DNA of 64,000 bases, taken from Deltaproteobacteria bacterium (GTDB lineage Bacteria; Myxococcota; Kuafuiibacteriia; Kuafuiibacteriales; Kuafuiibacteriaceae). How positions within the stretch are numbered: position 1 is the first letter of the stretch; each line of letters begins with the position of its first letter. The stretch covers positions 256,001 to 320,000 of the forward strand of contig JAVJQW010000011.1 in the NCBI GenBank assembly GCA_040218735.1, written 5' to 3'. The notes under the pieces are model-generated. The model ran no database searches. It had not been told where the DNA came from and saw only the letters and a list, made by a program, of their open reading frames with translations. Of this stretch, positions 36,925-46,770 are shown in pieces. The translations under genes were made by a program, and so were the position numbers.

Positions 36925-37350
36925 ATGACGTCAGGGGACCTCAGCGCGCCGGCGCGGGTGGAGCGCTTCTTCTCCGCCCTGCTCCCGGAGGCGGTTCGCC
37001 GCCAGCGGGACGCGTTCCGACTCACGCGCGGCTCGCTGTCCATCTTCGTGGAGGGCGCGGGCGCGTGGTGCATCCGGTTCGGCGCTCGGCCCGAGGACGC
37101 GATCGCGGAAGCGAGCTTCGATGCGGACGGGGTCGCGGTGTTCACCGTCGACGCGTTCGTGGCGCTGCTCGACGGCGACGCCTCGGTGCGGCCGGCGACG
37201 TTCCTCGGTGACGAAGGCCTCCTGACGCAGCTCGGCGCGCTGATGCAGCCGCCCAAACGCGGCGCCCTCGGCGTGCGAAGCGCAGCCCCCATCCCGAAAA
37301 CCCAACGAACGAAGAGAAGGAACCTCGACCATGTCACGCATCTCCCATGA
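36925..37350 (+). CDS. Small SCP2 (sterol-carrier)-like protein
   Basis: IFVEGAGAWCIRF...ADGVAVFTVDAFVALLDG...FLGDEGLLTQLGALM follows the SCP2 pattern; overlaps the next gene by 20 nt. Confidence 0.55.
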   Translation: MTSGDLSAPARVERFFSALLPEAVRRQRDAFRLTRGSLSIFVEGAGAWCIRFGARPEDAIAEASFDADGVAVFTVDAFVALLDGDASVRPATFLGDEGLLTQLGALMQPPKRGALGVRSAAPIPKTQRTKRRNLDHVTHLP

Positions 37351-38536
37351 CACGCCCATGCGCGCGTACGACCACATCGCCAACCTCCTGCAGGAGGCCG
37401 GCGGTGCCGACGGCCGCATCTCGCGCGCCGACAAGGACAAGCTCATCGCCAAGCTCGAGGCCGAAGGCCGCGGGACCGAGGCGCTCGCCGCGAAGAACCT
37501 CTTCACGATGATCGACGCCCGGGACGCGGGCGCGGGCAACGTCGTCACCGCGTACGACCTGAAGCGCGACCGCTCCTACGTCGAAGCGAAGCTCCTCGAG
37601 AACCGGGACGTGAACGCGAACGGCTTCTCGAAGGCGGAGATCGCGAAGATGTCGACGACGGGCCGCGCGCTCGTCGAGCTCGGCCAGGCGCTCGCCGTCG
37701 AGGCGTCGCGCGGTCGCGTCGCGCACGCCACGCCGGAGCGCGGGCTCATGCACGTCGCCACGATGATCCGCAAGGCGGCGCAGGAAGACCTGATCACCAG
37801 CCGCGCCGACATCGACGCGTTCGCCGCCAAGCTGATGGGCGAAGGCCGCGGCACCGAGGCGCTCGCGTTCCGCACGTTCGCCGGCTTCATCGACAACCGC
37901 GACGCGGCGCCGGGCGCCCGCATCACGGACGCCGACATCACGAAGGCGGTCGACTACGCGAGCTCGACGATGCTCCGCAAGAAGGACGGCAACGACAACG
38001 GCTACAGCAAGGACGAGATCGCGAACTTCTCGACCTCCGCGAAGGCGTTCCTGATCATCGGCCAGCTCGTCGAGGCCGGCGTGCTCGACTCGTCGATGCC
38101 GCTCGAGGGCAAGGCCGTGCAGGCGGTGCTCTCGAAGCACTTCAAGGGCCAGGAGTTCGACCAGATGGGCAGCGAAGGTGGCGTCGGCATGCGCGCCGTC
38201 CACCGCGCGGGTTCGTTCGACGCCGTCACGGAGCAGTCGTTCCGCAAGGCGTTCAACATGCCGAACCGCGACATCCAGGTCGTCGACAAGTTCACGGCGG
38301 ACGACATCCGTACGTTCATCGAGAACAACGCGTACGCGTACACGGACGGCAAGTGGCAGAAGGACCCGAAGGCGGCGGACCAGGCGTTCGACTCGATGTC
38401 GGTGCTGCGCTCGCTCGAGGACCTGAAGGTCATCATCACCGGCAGCGGCGACCAGGGCCTGCTCGCGACGTACATCGTCGGCATCGCGCCCGACAAATCG
38501 ATGGTCGGCGCGCAGACCGGCGTCGTCTGGACCTGA
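37331..38536 (+). CDS. Protein with duplicated ~125-aa EF-hand-like domain and C-terminal nuclease A inhibitor (NuiA)-like domain
   Basis: Internal repeat (SRAD...EGRGTEALA...ID.RD...T..D...D.N.NG.SK.EIA..S); C-terminus MGSEGG...LEDLKVI...TYIVGIAPDKSMVGAQTGVVWT resembles NuiA '...SE...YIIG....LAGL.T.VVET'. Confidence 0.75.
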   Translation: MSRISHDTPMRAYDHIANLLQEAGGADGRISRADKDKLIAKLEAEGRGTEALAAKNLFTMIDARDAGAGNVVTAYDLKRDRSYVEAKLLENRDVNANGFSKAEIAKMSTTGRALVELGQALAVEASRGRVAHATPERGLMHVATMIRKAAQEDLITSRADIDAFAAKLMGEGRGTEALAFRTFAGFIDNRDAAPGARITDADITKAVDYASSTMLRKKDGNDNGYSKDEIANFSTSAKAFLIIGQLVEAGVLDSSMPLEGKAVQAVLSKHFKGQEFDQMGSEGGVGMRAVHRAGSFDAVTEQSFRKAFNMPNRDIQVVDKFTADDIRTFIENNAYAYTDGKWQKDPKAADQAFDSMSVLRSLEDLKVIITGSGDQGLLATYIVGIAPDKSMVGAQTGVVWT

Positions 38537-38542
38537 TCGCCC

Positions 38543-39433
38543 TCAACGGCGACGGAACGCGATCTCGATCGACGACACCACGAGGTCGTCGAACGCCTCC
38601 GTCGCCGCCTTCATACACGTCGGGAAGCGACGCACGAGATCGAGCGCCGAGATGTCGACGCGCTCCTCGTAGAGCGTGCGCTCCGCGCGCGCGCCGACGC
38701 GCCCCCACAGCCGCCTGAAGTCCGTGACGCTCATGCCGTTCACGGCGTCCCAAGCGATCGGCTTCGCGTCGATGCCGGCGACGTAGGCGTCGAGGGTCTC
38801 GCGGTCGAAGAGCAGGTGGCAGTACGGGACCGTGACGGTGCGATACGCGTGAAGGCCGCGCGGTGACGCGTAGAGCGGGCCGAAGATCAGATACAGGACG
38901 CCGCCGGGCCTCAGCACGCGGAGCGCCTCGTCGAGCACCGCGCCCGCGTCCGCGAAGTGCTCCATCGTGTCGTAGGAGAAGACGACGTCGAACGAGGCGT
39001 CGTCGAACGCGAGCTTCGCGGCGTCCATCTTCAGCAAACGTGCTTTCGACGCGCGGGTGTCGAAGGCGCCGTCGAACAGATCCACGCCCGTCGCTGCGCC
39101 GTGCTCGGCGAGGTGTGCGCTGACCATGCCGTCGTAACAACCGAGCTCGAGGAAGTCGTTGGCGTGCGGCGCGAGTCGTCGGATCTCGGCGGCGCGCTCA
39201 CGCCCGCGTCTCGCCTTCGCCGCCGGGTCGTAGCGGTACGTGTTCAGCGGCGGGTACTTCGCGGCGAGCTCCGGCAACATCTTGGCGGGGAGGAACGCGG
39301 GCTTGCGACCGGCGCGCGCGAACGCGAGGCGCGCGCCGGCGAGGGGCCACTGCTTGCGGAGGGTGTTGAGCCGGTGAAAGACCGGCTTCGGCAACGCCCG
39401 CTTGGCGAGCGCTTTGGCGCGAGCTCGCAGCAC
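38543..39433 (-). CDS. Class I SAM-dependent methyltransferase
   Basis: FLELGCYDG, GVDL, MDAAKLAFDDASFDVVFSYDTMEH, LRPGG. Confidence 0.88.
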   Translation of the reverse strand: MLRARAKALAKRALPKPVFHRLNTLRKQWPLAGARLAFARAGRKPAFLPAKMLPELAAKYPPLNTYRYDPAAKARRGRERAAEIRRLAPHANDFLELGCYDGMVSAHLAEHGAATGVDLFDGAFDTRASKARLLKMDAAKLAFDDASFDVVFSYDTMEHFADAGAVLDEALRVLRPGGVLYLIFGPLYASPRGLHAYRTVTVPYCHLLFDRETLDAYVAGIDAKPIAWDAVNGMSVTDFRRLWGRVGARAERTLYEERVDISALDLVRRFPTCMKAATEAFDDLVVSSIEIAFRRR

Positions 39434-39476
39434 CGCATCGCCGTTAACACGACGGGCGTCGAACCCGAAAGCGGGC

Positions 39477-39929
39477 TCACTGTCCGTAGCGGCGCAAGAT
39501 CTCCTCCTCGGAGAGCTCCTCGGTGCGCGCGACGAGCATCCACCGGTGGCCGAAGGGGTCCACGATCTTGGCGGTGCGCTCGCCGTGCGGCGTATCCGCG
39601 ATCTCGCAGTCGAGCTTGGCGCCGTGATCGGTCGCGCGCTTCGCCGCGACGTCGACGTCCTCGACGTAGAGCACCAGGCTCACCGTCGTCCCACCGCGGG
39701 TCTGCGGCCCCGCGAAACCCTCCTCAGGGAACTCGTCCGCGATGTAGACGCGAACGCCGCCCGGGAGGTCGAGCTCGGCGTGTCCGAGGCGTCCGTCCGG
39801 CATCGCGATCTGCATCGAGACCTTCGCGTCCAGCACATCACGGTAGTACGCGAGCGCCTCCTGCGCGTTTTGGACGCTGAGGTACGGGATGAGCCGAGGG
39901 CCGGGGGGGATGGGATCGATCTTCGTCAT
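39477..39929 (-). CDS. VOC / glyoxalase (PhnB-like) protein
   Basis: LIPYLSV...ALAYY, GHAEL, ADEFP, LYVEDVD, GER...VDPFGHRW. Confidence 0.92.
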   Translation of the reverse strand: MTKIDPIPPGPRLIPYLSVQNAQEALAYYRDVLDAKVSMQIAMPDGRLGHAELDLPGGVRVYIADEFPEEGFAGPQTRGGTTVSLVLYVEDVDVAAKRATDHGAKLDCEIADTPHGERTAKIVDPFGHRWMLVARTEELSEEEILRRYGQ

Positions 39930-39974
39930 GCGCCTACCCTGACACGCCTTCGGCCGGTCCGGCTTGGACGTTTG

Positions 39975-40772
39975 TCACATGGCGAGCGGACCGCCCGCGA
40001 CGTGGGCGCCGAGCTCGGTGGGCGTCATCTGCGCGAACGCGCGGACGTCGCGCGCGAGGTGCGCCTGGTCGTAGTACCCGAGGTCGGCGGCGAGCGGCGC
40101 GAGCGCCTCCGTTCCACCGGCGAGGCGTGTCGTGAGGCGGTCGAAGCGCACCAGGCGGGCGTAGAGCTTCGGGGTCACGCCGACGTGCTCGCGGAAGAGC
40201 CGAGCGAGGTGGGCGCGACTCACGCCGAGCTGCCCGCAGAGCGCAGCGACGTCGACGTTGCCGCCAGTGTCCTCGATGCAAGCGAGCGCGCACACGACCC
40301 GTGGATCCGCCGCCCGCACCGAAAGCCGCCCCGCGAGCCAGCGCTCGACGCGGTCGAAGCGTGCCTCCCACGAAGGGAGCCCCTGGAGCTCCTCCGGCAG
40401 CGACCGAAGTTTGGCCGGGAGGAGCGCGTCGAGATCGACGATCGTCCGCGTCAGCTCGTGCATCGCGACCCCGAACAGATCGCGGACGGCCATCGGTGAC
40501 AGATCGATCTGGATGCCGCGCTGCCAGCCGTCGTGGGCGGTCAGGGTCGAGCGGTCGTCGACCCCCGCGACGAACCCACCGCGAAACCGCGACGGCTCGG
40601 GACGGCCGTGCTCGAAGACGCCGAGCGGCGGCCCGAGCTCGATGATGCAGACGACCTTCGGCCCCGGAAGCTCACGCCGGCACAACGGGCCGGGCGTTCG
40701 TTCGTCGTACCCGAGGAGGCGCCGCACCGGGCTTCGCGTGGGCCGCCGCGTCGCGATGTCCCAGGTCGACAC
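39975..40772 (-). CDS. AraC-family transcriptional regulator
   Basis: LGVSRAHLARLFREHVGVTPKLYARLVRF, LAADLGYYDQAHLARDVRAFAQMTP; directly upstream of the VOC gene. Confidence 0.92.
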   Translation of the reverse strand: MSTWDIATRRPTRSPVRRLLGYDERTPGPLCRRELPGPKVVCIIELGPPLGVFEHGRPEPSRFRGGFVAGVDDRSTLTAHDGWQRGIQIDLSPMAVRDLFGVAMHELTRTIVDLDALLPAKLRSLPEELQGLPSWEARFDRVERWLAGRLSVRAADPRVVCALACIEDTGGNVDVAALCGQLGVSRAHLARLFREHVGVTPKLYARLVRFDRLTTRLAGGTEALAPLAADLGYYDQAHLARDVRAFAQMTPTELGAHVAGGPLAM

Positions 40773-40778
40773 GTGCCA

Positions 40779-41759
40779 TCAATGATACTCGGTATCGAGC
40801 GCGATGGTGTGGTTGTCGCCGCCGTTGTTGTCCCAGAGCGTCTGCCCGTCGACCTCGTAGAAGACCGCGTACTCGAACGTCACCGGATCCGGCGTGCACC
40901 ACGAGCAAGACTGCAGGCGCTCCGCGACGAGGTCCACGCCCCACTGCTCGAAGCCATCGCCCAGGTCGTGCTCGTAGGTCGCGAGGGTGTCGTGGTGGCT
41001 CGCCCAACCGTCGACGGTCCAGCGAACGCCGACCGTCTTGTGGAACGCCAGGTTCTCGACCGCGACGTCGATCCAGACGTTGGCGTCCCAGAACCACCCG
41101 TAGCGAACCCCGGAGGGCGCGTCCCAGTTCGACTGCCATTGACCGTCCGCGACGAGCGCGACGGCGGGCGCCGGGGGCGCTCCATCCTCGAGCGCGAAGA
41201 CGTAGTTCGCGCCGAAGTCGCTGTCGTACGCCGCGTGCGCGTGGAAGCTCCCCGACGAACGGTCGTAGTTGTCCTGCGCGCACTGCGTGTCACAGCCGCA
41301 GTACCACGTACGCACCGAGAAGCCGGGGACGTCGAAGTAGATCTCCAGCGCGCCCGCGTCGGAGGGGACCGCGATGTCGGCGCCGTCCTGCGCGTCGAGC
41401 GCGACGTGCGTGAACGCGCCGCTGTCGAAGCGGTAGTGCAAGTAGGCTTGCGGGACGGTGACCTCGCAGCAGCCGTAGCCGTAGCAGTGGAACGTCGTGG
41501 AGAAGTAGCCGAGGGAGTGCTCGCCGTCGACGATGTCGTAGAAGCGCATGCGGTCGAACTGCACCCGCACTTGTCCGCCGCGCACCGGCGGCGTCGAAGG
41601 GAGCGGCGTCGTGAACGCGCGGTCGAACACGATGAGCGAAGGCGCGGACGCGAGCCGCTCGACGTGGGTGTTGGCCGGGGCCGAGGGCACATCGACGACT
41701 TCGGGCGCGCAGCCCAGGAGCAGCAGAGACAAAAGCAGCGGGGACGGGACGCGTCGCAT
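40779..41759 (-). CDS. Lipoprotein with C-terminal CBM21-like (starch/glycogen-binding) domain
   Basis: LLLLGC lipobox; AYDSDFGANYVF module; VENLAFHKTVGVRWTVDGW...FEYAVFYEVDGQTLWDNNGGDNH. Confidence 0.8.
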   Translation of the reverse strand: MRRVPSPLLLSLLLLGCAPEVVDVPSAPANTHVERLASAPSLIVFDRAFTTPLPSTPPVRGGQVRVQFDRMRFYDIVDGEHSLGYFSTTFHCYGYGCCEVTVPQAYLHYRFDSGAFTHVALDAQDGADIAVPSDAGALEIYFDVPGFSVRTWYCGCDTQCAQDNYDRSSGSFHAHAAYDSDFGANYVFALEDGAPPAPAVALVADGQWQSNWDAPSGVRYGWFWDANVWIDVAVENLAFHKTVGVRWTVDGWASHHDTLATYEHDLGDGFEQWGVDLVAERLQSCSWCTPDPVTFEYAVFYEVDGQTLWDNNGGDNHTIALDTEYH

Positions 41760-41872
41760 CCCCCCACCGCTATCGTCCCGGCCGAGCCCGGTCAATCCGT
41801 AGTCACTCATTCTAGAGTCACTTCGATTTCAGCCCGAACGGGGCCCTTTGGAGGCCGATCCCGCGTTCGCGG

Positions 41873-44800
41873 TCAGAGCGTCAGCTTGAAGCTCGCGCCG
41901 ACCGAGAAGCCCTTCCGGAACTCGCGCCAGACGCGGTCGAGCTGCAGGATCGTGAACTTCGGATCGAGGAGGTTGGAGCCGCTCAACTTGAGCGCCCCGT
42001 ACTCCCACAGGCGCCAGGTCCAGGTGATGTCGAGGGTCCCGATCGGCTGCAGGTAGAAGTCGGGCTGCATCAGGCTCCCGGTTTGGAAGAGGCGCTCGCC
42101 GATCTGGTTGAAGCTCAGGACGACGTCGTGCTCCTCCCCGTCGAGGCCCGCCTGGATGTTGATGACGTATGGCGCCTGCCCCACGAGCGGGCGCTCCGCG
42201 TTCGTCGCGATGCCCTGGTCAGCGAGCTCCACCGACGAGGTGATGAGCGCGATGTTCGCCTGGACGTAGAAGAGCTCCAGGACGTCGAGCGAGGGGTGGA
42301 GATCCTGGAGCCGCTCGAGATCGAAGCGGCCGCCGAGCTCCAGCCCGAAGACCTGCGCGCCCTTGGCGTTCTGGAGGGTCGAGACCGTCCCCGACCCCGC
42401 GCGCTGCACCGCCGCCTGCTCGATGGGGTCGGTGTAGAACTTCGTGAACGCGGCGAGCGACAGCGACTCCGTCGACGACGGGTACCACTCCAACCTGAAG
42501 TCACCCGCGTCGATCGTCGCCGGCAGCAGGTCTGGGTTCCCGAGGAACTCCTGCCCAGAGTCGGGATCGAAGAACGCCGCCGGAGACATCTCGTTGAACA
42601 CCGGCCGCGAGATGCTCCGCCCGTACGCGCCGCGCGCCTGCAGCTCCTCGAACACAAACCACGTCAGCGAGAGCGCCGGGAGCACGTCGAGCCTGTCGAA
42701 CCCACCCGTGGTCGGCTCCGCACCCGCGTCCGCCGCCTGGAAAGTCAGCACCTCGACGTCGGCGCTCTCCACGTGAACGCCACCGACGGCGCGCACGACG
42801 TCGCCGAAGTTGAGATCCGTCTGCGCGTAGCCGAAGTACACGTCGGCGTTACCGGTGTAGTCGTCACTGCCGACGAACGACTGATCGCGGAAGTCGAGGA
42901 GTGTGCCGGTGGCGGCTGGGTCGTAGAGCAGCTCGGGATCCGTCTCGAAGCGATCGACCTCGGACATGTCGTCCGGCCGCCAGCGGAAGAGCTGCGTCAG
43001 CGCCTCGCGGCGCGTGATCTCCAGGAACGCGCCCGCCTGCACCTTCCACTTCAGCCAATCCTTCTCGCCGTCGAAGATCGGCACGGTCACGTCCACGGCG
43101 GCGCTGACGTCGAGCTCGTTGACGGTGTTGTAGCTGCGGTTCATCCCCGCGTTACCGAACGCCGAAAACCTATCCTGCCCCTCCCGGCGCGAATATTCGT
43201 ACTCACGCCGGTCAGGTGCGTCGCGATCGGCGCGCGCCACGAGGCCCCGCCAGTCGACCTTCAGCACGTCGAAGTCGTGCTGGCCGATGAGTTGCTGAGC
43301 GAGCAGATCGCGCTCGATCCAACTCAGCAGGTAATTTCGAATCTCTCGATCGTCGCTGACCCGCGAGTCGCCCGAGGTGAGTTGGGAGCGCTGCTGAGTT
43401 TGGTGAACCCAGAACGTATTCGTCTGGAAGCTGTGTTTCTCCCACTGCGCCTCCGCCGTCATGAGCCCACTCAGGTTCGTGTTGAAGTCCGTGCGCTGCT
43501 CGACGAAATCGTTGCGCGTCACCAGGCGGTCCGTGCCGGAGAAGGAGCGCTGGATGCGCTCCTGCCGCCTCCACTGGTTGCCCCACTGCCCCGTCGCGAC
43601 GACGCCGAGGGTGCCGTCACCGGGGAGGTCGAAGTTCGTCCCGCCGGTAATCGTGACCCCGACGTCGGGCGGGAGCGTACGCTCGTCGAGGTTGTAGATG
43701 TTCCGGAAGGTCGAGCCGAGCATATTGCGCTCGGCGTCGGGGAAGCTGTCCAGCGACACGTCTCCCCCCTCCGTCGCGACGTTCACCTCTTCGGGGAGCG
43801 CGCGGGTCCCGTCGTCGAAGCCGAACAGGTCCCAGGTGCCCCCCTGGTAGTCGAACCCACTCGAGAACGTGCTGACGGAGTTGAACTGAGTTCCGAGCGA
43901 CAGCTCGAAGAACGCTTCGTCGCGCACCCCGCGGGTCTGGAGGTCGATCAGCCCCGCGCCGAACGCACCCGGCTTGTCCGCCGAGTAGGTCTTCTGCACC
44001 TCGATGCCGCTCAAGACGCCGGTGGGGAACAGGTCGAGGGGGACGATGCGCAGAAGCGGCTCCGGGCTGGGGAGCGGCGACCCATTCCAAGTCGTGCTCG
44101 TGTACCGATACGGCTGACCGCGGATGAGTACGTACTTACCGTCCTCCACCGTCAAACCCGTGACGCGCTGGAGCGCGTCCGCCGCGTTGCTGTCCCCTGC
44201 CGCCGACATCTGCGCGGCGCCCAGGACCTCCGTCACGTTCGACGTCTCGCGCTGCGCCTCGATCACCGACGCGATCGAACCCTCCACGTACGGCGCCGTG
44301 ACCACGTAATCCTTCAGCGCGATACCGGTCGGCGTCAGCTCGACGTCGACCGTGATCTTCTTCGCGGAGATCACCCGGATGTTGTTGAGCGTCTGCGTGT
44401 CGAACGTCGGGTGGATGACGGACATCGAGTACGTACCCACCGGAACCTCCGCCTCGAAGTACCCGTCGTCGTTGGTCACGACCTGCCGATCCGTCCCCGA
44501 GAAGTAGATCCGCGCGCCCACCACCGGCACCTGGTCCTCCGCCGAGAGGATCCGCCCCGTCACGGCACCCGGCGGGAGGGACGCCTGCTTCTTCCGACGC
44601 TCCCGTGCCTGGCGCCGGTCGGCGGTGTCCACGGGCGCCCTCCCCTCAGAGCTCTCGAAGAGCACCGTCGGTGGGCCGTCGGCGTGCAGGGTCACGATCG
44701 CCTGCACGACCTCGTCATCGTCGGTCAGCAAGTCGAGCGTCGCGACCGTGCTGCTGTCCGTGTACAGCTCCACCTTCACGCGCCCCGACGGCACCGTCAG

Positions 44801-44965
44801 CGTCAGCACCCCGTCGACGTCGGTCTCCCCCGCCGCCGAGCCGTCCACGCGTACTTCGAGCCCGGCCGCGGGCGTCGTCTCGCGGAACACGACGAGGTCG
44901 ATGGTGGAGGTCGGCGCGCTCGGAGCCTGGGCACCGAGCGAGAGGAGTAGCAGTAGCGGGGTCAT
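41873..44965 (-). CDS. TonB-dependent outer-membrane receptor with N-terminal carboxypeptidase-regulatory-like domains
   Basis: Signal peptide; two prealbumin-like modules; plug DSNAADALQRVTGLT...IRG...PLPSPEP..RIVPLDLFP...GIEVQKTYSAD; GNPDL; C-terminal beta strand FSVGASFKLTL. Confidence 0.93.
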   Translation of the reverse strand: MTPLLLLLSLGAQAPSAPTSTIDLVVFRETTPAAGLEVRVDGSAAGETDVDGVLTLTVPSGRVKVELYTDSSTVATLDLLTDDDEVVQAIVTLHADGPPTVLFESSEGRAPVDTADRRQARERRKKQASLPPGAVTGRILSAEDQVPVVGARIYFSGTDRQVVTNDDGYFEAEVPVGTYSMSVIHPTFDTQTLNNIRVISAKKITVDVELTPTGIALKDYVVTAPYVEGSIASVIEAQRETSNVTEVLGAAQMSAAGDSNAADALQRVTGLTVEDGKYVLIRGQPYRYTSTTWNGSPLPSPEPLLRIVPLDLFPTGVLSGIEVQKTYSADKPGAFGAGLIDLQTRGVRDEAFFELSLGTQFNSVSTFSSGFDYQGGTWDLFGFDDGTRALPEEVNVATEGGDVSLDSFPDAERNMLGSTFRNIYNLDERTLPPDVGVTITGGTNFDLPGDGTLGVVATGQWGNQWRRQERIQRSFSGTDRLVTRNDFVEQRTDFNTNLSGLMTAEAQWEKHSFQTNTFWVHQTQQRSQLTSGDSRVSDDREIRNYLLSWIERDLLAQQLIGQHDFDVLKVDWRGLVARADRDAPDRREYEYSRREGQDRFSAFGNAGMNRSYNTVNELDVSAAVDVTVPIFDGEKDWLKWKVQAGAFLEITRREALTQLFRWRPDDMSEVDRFETDPELLYDPAATGTLLDFRDQSFVGSDDYTGNADVYFGYAQTDLNFGDVVRAVGGVHVESADVEVLTFQAADAGAEPTTGGFDRLDVLPALSLTWFVFEELQARGAYGRSISRPVFNEMSPAAFFDPDSGQEFLGNPDLLPATIDAGDFRLEWYPSSTESLSLAAFTKFYTDPIEQAAVQRAGSGTVSTLQNAKGAQVFGLELGGRFDLERLQDLHPSLDVLELFYVQANIALITSSVELADQGIATNAERPLVGQAPYVINIQAGLDGEEHDVVLSFNQIGERLFQTGSLMQPDFYLQPIGTLDITWTWRLWEYGALKLSGSNLLDPKFTILQLDRVWREFRKGFSVGASFKLTL

Positions 44966-44977
44966 CGTCGGGCTCGT

Positions 44978-46132
44978 TCAGCACTTCCAGCGTTCGCCGC
45001 GGCACTCCTGCATCGCCTTGCGAATCTCGGCCGCCTTGCGGAACAGCTCGGGGTCCTTGACCCCCGTGAGCAGGCGTTCGGCGTTCTCGTACTCACCTTC
45101 TTCGAACCAGGCGTAGGCGACGGCGTAGCGGATGCTGTCGTCGGCGAGCAGCCCGTTCCGGAGCAGGTCACGCTCCATCGAAGCGATCATGTCGTAGCGC
45201 TGCAGGTCCAAGAGGATCGCGAGGCGCTGCCTCAGGCGCGCCTTGCTGTCCGCGATGCGTCCGTTCAACGCCAGCGCGCGCAGCGGGAGCCCCGCCGTGC
45301 GGAACAGCTCCGAGGCCTCCACCGCAAGCTCCCCGTCGCCGACCAGCGCGAGCCGCTCCAGCAGCTCCGCCGCCGTCCGCGGCATCTCCTTCTGCTTGTA
45401 CGCACGCGCGAGCGCCATGATCACCGTGCGCTGTCCCGGTCCCTCGAGGTTGGCGGTCTCCAGGAACGCGAGGCCCTCCTCGATGCTCCCGGACTCGATG
45501 ATCGACCACCCGATCGCGAGCTGATCCTCGGCCGTGCCTCCGGTCGCTCGAATGTATTCGCGACCCAGATCCGCCGCGGTGTGGAACAGCCCCAGCTCGA
45601 CCGCCAGGAACACCTTGCGACGGAGCAGCGGGTTGAACGTCGGGTGGGTCTCGATCCCCGCGTCCAGCATGTTCCACGCGGACCGGTTGTCACCCAGCTC
45701 ATGGTGCGCCTCCGCGCGCATCGCGAAGGTCCCCGCGATCGAGCGCGACTTGTCCTCCGCCTTCGCAAACGCCGCGAGCGAAGCCTCCCACTCCTTCGCG
45801 CCGAAGCGCGCCTGGCCGAGGTGCACGTAGATCAACGGCTCGACGAAGCCGTTCGTGATCGCCTCCTCGAACGCGTCGCCAGCGTCTTGGTACAGGCCCT
45901 GGTGCAGGCGCACGAGGCCGTAGAGGAGATGGAAGCGGCCGAGGTCGGTGTCCTCGTCCTCGAGGTTCACCTGCAAGAGCGCTTGCTCCGCGCGATCGTA
46001 GTGTTTGTCGCGCAGCATGATTGTCGCCAGCGCGAGGAAGTCGACTTCCTGCTTCTTCTTTCGCTTCGCCTCCGCCAGCGGAGCCGAGAGCCCCACGGCC
46101 GCGACGAGCGCGATGGCGACGACGAGCCTCAT
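44978..46132 (-). CDS. Exported TPR protein (TtpD-like position)
   Basis: Signal peptide, multiple TPR-like helices; ATGA overlap with tonB. Confidence 0.8.
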   Translation of the reverse strand: MRLVVAIALVAAVGLSAPLAEAKRKKKQEVDFLALATIMLRDKHYDRAEQALLQVNLEDEDTDLGRFHLLYGLVRLHQGLYQDAGDAFEEAITNGFVEPLIYVHLGQARFGAKEWEASLAAFAKAEDKSRSIAGTFAMRAEAHHELGDNRSAWNMLDAGIETHPTFNPLLRRKVFLAVELGLFHTAADLGREYIRATGGTAEDQLAIGWSIIESGSIEEGLAFLETANLEGPGQRTVIMALARAYKQKEMPRTAAELLERLALVGDGELAVEASELFRTAGLPLRALALNGRIADSKARLRQRLAILLDLQRYDMIASMERDLLRNGLLADDSIRYAVAYAWFEEGEYENAERLLTGVKDPELFRKAAEIRKAMQECRGERWKC

Positions 46133-46770
46133 GTGCGCCTCAGGTCGAACTGGATCTTCTGGCGCACGCGCACGCGCACCGGCTGGCCCTGATACTGGGC
46201 GGGATCGAACTGCCAGGAGCGGATGTTCTCGAGCGCGACGTCGTCGAACGCACCCGGCGGCTTCGACTCGAGGACCTTCGCGTCCTCGACGTCACCCGCC
46301 TTGGTCACCACGATGCTGAGCACGACGTACCCTTCGACGCCCTTCTCGCGGAGGCGGCTCGGGTACTCCGGCGCACGACGACCGCGCGGCTTCGGCGGGT
46401 CGTCGACGGTCTCGCCCGTGTGGGTGACCTCCTCGTCCGTGTCGAGCAGCTCGTTGGTGCCGCCGCCGAGCGACGCAACGTCGAGCGACGGGATGTTCAC
46501 CGCGATGCCCGAGAGGCCACCCGCGATCGCCGCAAGCGACGGCGCCGGAGGCGCCGGCTTCGCCTTGCGCGGCTTCGGCTTCGGCTTGCTGACGTGCTGC
46601 TTCGGCTTCGGCTTCGGCGTGGGGGCCATCTCGATGGCCGTCGCCTCGCCGACGTCGTTCTTCGGTGGTGCCTCCGCGAACTCGTTCATCGCGATGACCA
46701 CCGCGAGGACGGTCGAGGACCCGAAGGTCGTGAACAGGATCGCGAACAAGAAGTTACGCGCGCGTTTCAT
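46129..46770 (-). CDS. tonB: Energy transducer TonB
   Basis: N-terminal TM, PKPKPK linker, PEYP...GVEGYVVL...G.V......S.P...FD......W.F.PA C-terminal domain. Confidence 0.92.
   Translation of the reverse strand: MKRARNFLFAILFTTFGSSTVLAVVIAMNEFAEAPPKNDVGEATAIEMAPTPKPKPKQHVSKPKPKPRKAKPAPPAPSLAAIAGGLSGIAVNIPSLDVASLGGGTNELLDTDEEVTHTGETVDDPPKPRGRRAPEYPSRLREKGVEGYVVLSIVVTKAGDVEDAKVLESKPPGAFDDVALENIRSWQFDPAQYQGQPVRVRVRQKIQFDLRRT

Noticed and set aside
37269-37284. GG-N10-GC sigma54-like site upstream of the NuiA-like gene
   Set aside because: It lacks the CAC and TT consensus bases, lies inside an ORF, and such matches are expected by chance at this GC content.
43140-43450. Locally more AT-rich codons in the TBDR gene, hinting at horizontal transfer
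   Set aside because: An impression by eye only; it was not quantified, and there are no mobility genes or att sites.
42083-44950. 955-aa plus-strand ORF
   Set aside because: Antisense shadow of the TonB-dependent receptor.
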